Assembly (NCBI GenBank): GCA_944325895.1
Contig: CALVCA010000001.1
Location: 91,165 to 155,164, forward strand
Source of the DNA: Candidatus Gastranaerophilales bacterium
GTDB taxonomy: Bacteria > Cyanobacteriota > Vampirovibrionia > Gastranaerophilales > Gastranaerophilaceae
Reading direction: 5' to 3'
Length of the DNA: 64,000 nt
Below are positions 56,988-64,000 of the stretch, one piece after another. The stretch's first letter is position 1. Every line of letters begins with the position of its first letter. Under the pieces are notes generated by a model. It did no database searches, was not told the origin of the DNA, and worked only from the letters and a program-made list of their open reading frames with translations. The position numbers were made by a program, and so were the translations under genes.

Positions 56988-58289
56988 GTGAAAAACAAAA
57001 TTATTATGTTTTGGGCAATTGTGGTAATTACAATCGTTGCGGCGGCTGTAATCTTAACCCATCAGCCAAAACTCGGACTTGATTTGGTAGGAGGTTCAAG
57101 GCTTGTATTACAGGCACAAACAGAAGGAACATCCATTGCAAAAGTTACACCTGAAATTATGGAAAGGCTCAAATTCGCAATAGAAAACCGTGTAAATAAA
57201 TTAGGTGTATCGGAAACTGTTGTCCAACTGGTAGGTGATGACAAACTGCTTGTTGAAATTCCGGGTCAACAGGATTTAAAACAGGCAAAAGCATTTATTG
57301 GCGAAACAGCTAAACTTGAATTTAAAAAAGAAGAAAAAGGACCAAATGGTGAAATTATTTGGGTTCCGACAGGGCTTACAGGAAAAGATCTTTCAAAAGC
57401 ATCCGTAGGCACTGATAACGTCGGCAAATGGACCATATCATTGGAATTTAACAGTGAAGGTGCACAAAAATTCTATGAATTAACAGAACAGCTTGTCGGA
57501 AAACGTATGGCAATATTTTTTGATGAAGACATGCTTTCAGATCCGAGAGTAAACGAACCTATTTACGGGGGAAATGCTCAGATAACCGGTGATTTCACAT
57601 ACGAATATACCGAACGTGTAGTAAACCTTCTTAACGCAGGTGCACTTCCGGTTCCGGCAAAAATTGTTGAAGAAAACACTGTAGGACCAACTCTCGGTGC
57701 TGACAGTATTGAAAAATCCAAACTTGCAGGGATTATAGGTTTAGGTGCTGTAATGCTATTTATGCTTTTATATTACAGACTTCCCGGTTTAATTGCCGAT
57801 GTTGCACTTGTAATATACAGTTTAATTTTATTTGCACTGTTTGAAGCAATACCGGTAACATTAACTCTTGCGGGTATAGCAGGTTATATATTGTCAATTG
57901 GTATGGCGGTTGATGCAAATATTCTGATTTTTGAAAGAACAAAAGAAGAACTCCGTGCCGGCAGAAACCTGTTTACGGCTATTAATTCAGGATTTGACAG
58001 AGCATTTACAAGTATTTTTGACTCAAACATGACAACAATAATTACATGTACCATCCTGTACTTATTGGGTACAAGTGTTGTAAAAGGATTTGCATTAACA
58101 TTAGCATTAGGTGTTATAGTATCAATGTTCAGTGCAATAACAATTACAAAAAACTTTATGCACCTGATATTCGGTACGGGTGAATTAAAATACCCGGCAC
58201 TGTTCGGATTATCAAAAGACGAAATAGGCAAAAGTTACGAAGCAGTTGAAACCACACGTGAAAAAGCACGTTTCGGTATCTTGGATTAG
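56988..58289 (+). CDS. secD: Protein translocase subunit SecD
   Basis: LGLDLVGGSRLVLQA start of the periplasmic domain. C-terminal 5 TM with ILSIGMAVDANILIFER. GTG start after an AAGAGG SD. Confidence 0.9.
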   Translation: MKNKIIMFWAIVVITIVAAAVILTHQPKLGLDLVGGSRLVLQAQTEGTSIAKVTPEIMERLKFAIENRVNKLGVSETVVQLVGDDKLLVEIPGQQDLKQAKAFIGETAKLEFKKEEKGPNGEIIWVPTGLTGKDLSKASVGTDNVGKWTISLEFNSEGAQKFYELTEQLVGKRMAIFFDEDMLSDPRVNEPIYGGNAQITGDFTYEYTERVVNLLNAGALPVPAKIVEENTVGPTLGADSIEKSKLAGIIGLGAVMLFMLLYYRLPGLIADVALVIYSLILFALFEAIPVTLTLAGIAGYILSIGMAVDANILIFERTKEELRAGRNLFTAINSGFDRAFTSIFDSNMTTIITCTILYLLGTSVVKGFALTLALGVIVSMFSAITITKNFMHLIFGTGELKYPALFGLSKDEIGKSYEAVETTREKARFGILD

Positions 58290-58305
58290 GAAAGGATGAA
58301 ATAAA

Positions 58306-59298
58306 ATGTTTGCATTAAAAAGGCATTTAGTACATATAGTTAAATACAGAATATTATGGATGGTATTATCGGCAGTGCTTTTAATTCCGGGGATTGTTGC
58401 AATGGTTTATTCAACCGTAACATATCATGCCCCGATGAAAGTCGGCATTGATTATACCGGCGGAACGATTTTACAATACGGACTGACTCATAAAATCACA
58501 AACGATGATTTAGCAGTAACCCGTAAAAACTTGGAAGAAATCGGGATTGAAAACCCGTATCTGCAAATTTTAAACGTAAATAACGACCAGCAGGAGCATA
58601 CCAAGCAGGTCATAACTTCAATAATTTCTATCAGAACGAAATTTATTGATGAACATTCAAATGATGCTGAAAAAATAACTTCGGCATTACAAGAACAATT
58701 TGAAAATCCTGAGTTAATACAGGTAAGTTCAGTAGGTCCGACAATGGGTAAAGAGTTATTTAAAAACTCATTTATTGCTGTCGGATTAGCATTTTTAGGA
58801 ATATGTATTTATCTTTCAATCCGTTTTCGGTTCGACTATGCGGTTGCTGCAATTTTGGGGATATTCCATGACGTAATTTTCGTATGCGGAGTATTTTCAA
58901 TATTAGGAATTGTATATAACGTACAGATTGACGGATTATTTATAACCGCAATTTTGACGGTAATAGGATTTTCCGTACACGATACAATCGTTGTATTTGA
59001 CAGAATAAGAGAAAATTTAAGATATTATTCAAAGAAAATGTCTTTTGGAGAAATTGTAGATGCCTCGGTTAACCAAACCCTTGCAAGAAGTATAAACACG
59101 TCACTAACGACCTTAATCACACTTGGTGCTTTGTATTTCTTCGGAGGCGTAACAACCAAAGACTTTGTTCTTGCAATGATTTTAGGTATTGCAATCGGAA
59201 CATATTCAAGTATATTCTTCTGCAGTATGTTGATTGACTTTTGGAATGACAAAAAGAATTCACCCAAAACTCCTGCAAAAGAAACTTTAGCAGTATAA
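58306..59298 (+). CDS. secF: Protein translocase subunit SecF
   Basis: GIDYTGGT motif, GFSVHDTIVVFDRIRE and six TM helices, immediately after secD. Confidence 0.9.
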   Translation: MFALKRHLVHIVKYRILWMVLSAVLLIPGIVAMVYSTVTYHAPMKVGIDYTGGTILQYGLTHKITNDDLAVTRKNLEEIGIENPYLQILNVNNDQQEHTKQVITSIISIRTKFIDEHSNDAEKITSALQEQFENPELIQVSSVGPTMGKELFKNSFIAVGLAFLGICIYLSIRFRFDYAVAAILGIFHDVIFVCGVFSILGIVYNVQIDGLFITAILTVIGFSVHDTIVVFDRIRENLRYYSKKMSFGEIVDASVNQTLARSINTSLTTLITLGALYFFGGVTTKDFVLAMILGIAIGTYSSIFFCSMLIDFWNDKKNSPKTPAKETLAV

Positions 59299-59325
59299 GA
59301 GGCTCAATTGAGCCTCTTTATTTTA
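59297..59325. terminator. Bidirectional intrinsic terminator
   Basis: AAGAGGCTC-aatt-GAGCCTCTT with flanking T/A runs, between convergent genes. Confidence 0.7.
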
Positions 59326-59632
59326 AGAGTTTTAGCGATGCATCAAAATAAGCTTTTTGAGCAGCTCCGGCTTTTCTCAACGTGTCAGAAAAATCAGCTA
59401 TTTTTTGATATTCTGATTTCCACACCTTAAAATGCTCGCTTTGCGGCAAATTATTAACCGAATCCTCAAGTTGAATATATCTTTGAGGATCAGCTGCTTT
59501 TATTTCTGTTTGGTATTTTTTTTGAAGTTTAGCTTGCTGGAAACCTGAATAACCAAGCATTCCGAGTGTTAACAAAGCAAAACCATACATTGCATTTTTA
59601 GCGTCCATAAACATATTATATATTTGAAACAA
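59318..59632 (-). CDS. Small membrane-anchored hypothetical protein
   Basis: ORF with one N-terminal TM helix (YGFALLTLGMLGYSGF). No family recognised. Confidence 0.5.
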   Translation of the reverse strand: MFQIYNMFMDAKNAMYGFALLTLGMLGYSGFQQAKLQKKYQTEIKAADPQRYIQLEDSVNNLPQSEHFKVWKSEYQKIADFSDTLRKAGAAQKAYFDASLKLLK

Positions 59633-59716
59633 CTAAAATAAAGCTAATATAAAAAATAATTTACAAAATAAACTTAAAAATTTTCTAAAAAAAGTATTTA
59701 TGTTAATATAAAAACC

Positions 59717-60304
59717 ATGAAACGAATAATTTTTTTAATATGTTGTATTATTTTGAACATACAAGCAGCCATGGGTATCACCCTGAACGGTGAAGCGAGC
59801 TTTGACTGGGTTGATATGACACAAATTCAAAGGGATTCCACTATTGAATACTATCACGACATCTTATTCAACGAACAAGATAAGATGTCTAAAAATGAAC
59901 TCAAATTTGAAGAATATAAAAAAGATAAAAATTACAAAGAGCACTATATGCTTGCAAAAGATGACGTAAAAGAAACGGAAGATGCGAATATATGTGCATT
60001 TTTTTTCAAAGGTAACATATTAATTATTTATGCTTTGCAATACAAGTCAAACCCGCATAATGTATTTTATTATGACCCGTACGGCAGGCTAAGGTATGTT
60101 GATGTAATTTCAGAAAACTACCCTAATTTTCCGTACACATCAAAACAATACAAATCAAACGGTAAACCCGTAAGTGCAATATATTTCAAGTCAAAAGACT
60201 GGCAGTACATGTTTAATCCTGACGGCAGTTTTAAAGGTGTGTGGTACAAAGAAAAAATGTACGACAGAAAAGGCAAACAAACCGTCATCAGGACTAATTG
60301 GTAA
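59717..60304 (+). CDS. Secreted hypothetical protein with Tyr/Gly-rich MORN/YwqK-like C-terminal repeats
   Basis: Signal peptide MKRIIFLICCIILNIQA. The C-terminus reads YYDPYGRLRYVDV...YKSNGKPVSAIYF...FNPDGSFKGVWY. Confidence 0.55.
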   Translation: MKRIIFLICCIILNIQAAMGITLNGEASFDWVDMTQIQRDSTIEYYHDILFNEQDKMSKNELKFEEYKKDKNYKEHYMLAKDDVKETEDANICAFFFKGNILIIYALQYKSNPHNVFYYDPYGRLRYVDVISENYPNFPYTSKQYKSNGKPVSAIYFKSKDWQYMFNPDGSFKGVWYKEKMYDRKGKQTVIRTNW

Positions 60305-61694
60305 TTAAATAGCTTAACAAAGTACGTACTCCGAACCCTGTTGCACCTTTTATAGATTCTTTTTCGGGTTTATCTAAAAACGCAGTGCCGGCGATATCAA
60401 TATGTGCCCATTTAACGTCTTTGACAAATTCACGTAAAAATACACCGGCAGTCTGAGCACCGCCGTATCTTGAACCTGTATTTTTCATATCAGCGATTTC
60501 AGATTTTAAGCTATTGAAATATTCTTTATACATAGGCAGCTGCCAGTATTTTTCGCCCATATTTTTGCCGGCATCGATTATACGGTTAATCATTTCATCG
60601 TCATTACCCATAATTCCTGCAGCTGCAGTACCTAAGGCTACCATGCAGGCACCTGTCAAAGTTGCTATATCGATAACTTCATCAACACCTAATTCGCAGG
60701 CATAAACAAGAGCGTCAGCCAGTGTCAATCTGCCTTCGGCATCAGTGTTATCAACCTCAATTGTCTTGCCGTTTTTAGCTTTTAATATATCCCCCGGTTT
60801 ATAAGAATTTCCGCCGGGCATATTTTCACAGGCTGCAATCAAACCGTGAACTTCAATATCAGGCTTTAACTCTTTTAAAGCACTCATAACACCTAAAACA
60901 CATGCAGCACCTGACATGTCATCTCTCATAGTAAGCATGGATGCAGGCGGTTTAATATCCAATCCGCCGGAATCAAAACATATACCTTTACCGATTAAAG
61001 CAACTTTTTTCTTAACATTTTTGCCTGAGTATTTCATATGTATAAATCTCGGAGGCTGTTTACTGCCCTGTGCGACAGCCAAATATGCTCCCATACCCAT
61101 TCTTTCTATCTCGTCTTTGTCAAAAACTTCCGTTGTAATACCTTCAAGACTTTGTGCAACTTCTGCAAGTTTTTTCGGTGTAGCATAAGCAGCCGGTTCA
61201 TTTGACAAATCACGTGCTAACTTTATCGAATTACCAAAAATCACACCGGAATTAACACTTTCTTGTGAAACATTTGCAAATGTAATCTCATCAACTCTTT
61301 TTGCTTTTTCTGATTTATATTTATCAAATGCATAATCAGCAAGCATAGCTCCAATGACGCCTGATTTTCCGTAATCAAAACCTGCATCAAAATCAAAGGC
61401 AGCTGTTTTAGCCTGCATTTGCTGTAATTTTTTAACTGATTTATATACAGCACTGCGAACTTCGTTTTCGCCAAATTCTTCACGTTTTCCGCATCCTGTT
61501 ACAAGTATTTTTTGTGCCGGAATTTTACCGTAGGTTTGTAATAAATATGTTTGACCGGGCTTGCCTTCAAATTTATCACGTTCTATTGCATATGTATTTG
61601 CCAACTCTTGTGATGTCTTTTCACCTTCAAACATATTGATTACAAGCACATCAACCGGCAGATTTTTTACATCATTTGATACTTTTATTTCCAT
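60294..61694 (-). CDS. pepA: Leucyl aminopeptidase (M17) PepA
   Basis: M17 signature NTDAEGRLTLADAL, metal ligands in the GKGICFDSGGLDIKP context, and an N-terminal regulatory domain. Confidence 0.92.
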   Translation of the reverse strand: MEIKVSNDVKNLPVDVLVINMFEGEKTSQELANTYAIERDKFEGKPGQTYLLQTYGKIPAQKILVTGCGKREEFGENEVRSAVYKSVKKLQQMQAKTAAFDFDAGFDYGKSGVIGAMLADYAFDKYKSEKAKRVDEITFANVSQESVNSGVIFGNSIKLARDLSNEPAAYATPKKLAEVAQSLEGITTEVFDKDEIERMGMGAYLAVAQGSKQPPRFIHMKYSGKNVKKKVALIGKGICFDSGGLDIKPPASMLTMRDDMSGAACVLGVMSALKELKPDIEVHGLIAACENMPGGNSYKPGDILKAKNGKTIEVDNTDAEGRLTLADALVYACELGVDEVIDIATLTGACMVALGTAAAGIMGNDDEMINRIIDAGKNMGEKYWQLPMYKEYFNSLKSEIADMKNTGSRYGGAQTAGVFLREFVKDVKWAHIDIAGTAFLDKPEKESIKGATGFGVRTLLSYLITN

Positions 61695-61767
61695 TTCTCT
61701 CTCCTTTTTTCCTTATTATAACACTTTTTTTCTTTTTCGTAAATTAGTTTTATGGTAGTATATAGTT

Positions 61768-63111
61768 ATGCGTTTATCCGAATTTAAATATTATGCAAAA
61801 GAACTTTTAAACATAGCCATGCCGATCATTATGGGGAACTTAGGTTTTATAATGATTGGAGCAGGTGATGTATTAATAGCCGGCAGACATTCAACGGACA
61901 CTTTAGCGGCAATTTCGATAGCAACGGCTATTTCAAACTGCATAATGACTTTCGGAATAGGATTAATAGCAAGCGTATCACCTCTATTATCCAATTACCG
62001 AGGGGAAAAACACTCTGCTAAAAAATATTTTTATCCTACAATACGTTTTGCCATGATTTTGGCATTCATTATGATGATAGGTGTGCTATTATGTGTGCCT
62101 TTTATTGATTACATGAAATTCGAACCGCAGCTTGTAAAACCGATAAAAGAATACATGATTATAACAGCATTTTCGACATTCGGAGCATATTTGCATTCAG
62201 CACTAAAAGAATTTTTACAGGCATTTGAAATAGTATTTCTGCCGAATATAGTAACAGTTTTGTCAGTATTTTTAAATTTAGGGCTGAACGCTCTTTTGGT
62301 ATTCGGCTGGGGACCTATTCCGTCTTTGGGAGCTATAGGATTGGCGATTGCAAGTTTTACCGTAAGATATTTTATGGGATTTGTGCTCTTATGGTATTGT
62401 TTTAAGCTTATGAAATTTCGTAATTATAATAATGACAGAGAATATTTTAAAGGACTTTTAAAAATCGGAATGCCGATATCTGTCGCAATATTGATAGAAT
62501 TTGTTGCATTTAATTGCGTTGCCGTGATAATGGGCAGAGTATCAGGGGTATATGCAGCAGCACAGAATTTAGTATGCACATTAACGACCGTTTCTTTTAT
62601 GGTGCCGCTTGCGATATCCAATGCAATAGCGGTAAAAGTAGGATTTGCAAACGGGGCACAGAATTTAACAGAGTTAAGGAGATATGCATACATAGGATTA
62701 GGCATGGGAGTCGGATTTATGATATGCAGTTCGGTAATTTTCGCCAGCTTCCCGCACTTTTTGGTAAGTTTATTTACAAAAGACAATATTCTTATAAACA
62801 TTAGCGTTCCGGTTTTGTATGTATTATCCATGTTCCAAATTTTTGACGGACTGCAGGTTTCGCTTGCCGGAATATTTAAGGGTATGAAAAAAACTAAAAT
62901 CGTTATGATTGCAAACTTTATCGGATACTGGCTGATATCAATACCGTTAGGATACACATTAGCATTTAAATACAATATGAATATAATGGGTTTTTGGTAC
63001 GGACTGGTGAGTGCAGCGATTATACTTTGCATAATAATGCTTGTCATTTTACGGAAATATATTAATGATATGAAAAAAAACCTTGATTTTACGAGAGTAT
63101 TAGATTTTTAA
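61768..63111 (+). CDS. MATE-family multidrug/toxin efflux transporter
   Basis: 12 TM helices and N-terminal LLNIAMPIIMGNLGFIMIGAGDVLIAGR typical of MATE. Confidence 0.87.
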   Translation: MRLSEFKYYAKELLNIAMPIIMGNLGFIMIGAGDVLIAGRHSTDTLAAISIATAISNCIMTFGIGLIASVSPLLSNYRGEKHSAKKYFYPTIRFAMILAFIMMIGVLLCVPFIDYMKFEPQLVKPIKEYMIITAFSTFGAYLHSALKEFLQAFEIVFLPNIVTVLSVFLNLGLNALLVFGWGPIPSLGAIGLAIASFTVRYFMGFVLLWYCFKLMKFRNYNNDREYFKGLLKIGMPISVAILIEFVAFNCVAVIMGRVSGVYAAAQNLVCTLTTVSFMVPLAISNAIAVKVGFANGAQNLTELRRYAYIGLGMGVGFMICSSVIFASFPHFLVSLFTKDNILINISVPVLYVLSMFQIFDGLQVSLAGIFKGMKKTKIVMIANFIGYWLISIPLGYTLAFKYNMNIMGFWYGLVSAAIILCIIMLVILRKYINDMKKNLDFTRVLDF

Positions 63112-63147
63112 AATTGTTTATGCTAAAATAAAATAAATGGAGGAAAT

Positions 63148-64000
<853 letters not shown>

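Overview
This is an AT-rich chromosomal segment from a diderm, probably anaerobic fermentative bacterium. The diderm call rests on Skp/OmpH, a POTRA-containing TpsB transporter and SecDF. The metabolic call rests on a trimeric NADH-linked [FeFe]-hydrogenase with the HydG maturase, and GlgA. The taxon cannot be fixed from sequence alone; the gene content would fit a lineage such as Vampirovibrionia/Melainabacteria, at low confidence. Most of the window is housekeeping: mnmG, hydCBA, rimO, fabI, rplJL with a leader, recR-ybaB, clpB, rsgA, bioDA, tRNA-Lys, mnmA, ruvB, glgA, dapA, secDF, pepA, ndk and tgt. No rRNA genes, CRISPR arrays, transposases or integrases were seen. The standout is a 1539-aa two-partner-secretion-type exoprotein (14507..19126). 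It joins a TPS secretion domain, beta-helix repeats, 157 uninterrupted Asp-Ala dipeptides and a C-terminal PilZ domain with intact c-di-GMP-binding motifs. I do not know this architecture as described. Other items worth follow-up:
- Tandem paralogs of an mTERF-like helical-repeat protein, a largely eukaryotic/organellar fold.
- A polypeptide made of four tandem GntR-type wHTH domains.
- A fused dead-helicase/live-helicase AddAB-like protein with a split-off Cas4-like Fe-S nuclease.
- A zinc-ribbon / cyclase-like / Walker-less STAND / TPR giant.
- An orphan Ala/Gly/Gln/Thr-rich 590-aa protein.
- A 501-bp compositionally foreign segment next to tRNA-Lys, bounded by a perfect 17-bp direct repeat, containing either a structured RNA or a 54-codon GC-rich ORF.
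All functional calls come from motif recognition by eye. No database searches were run.
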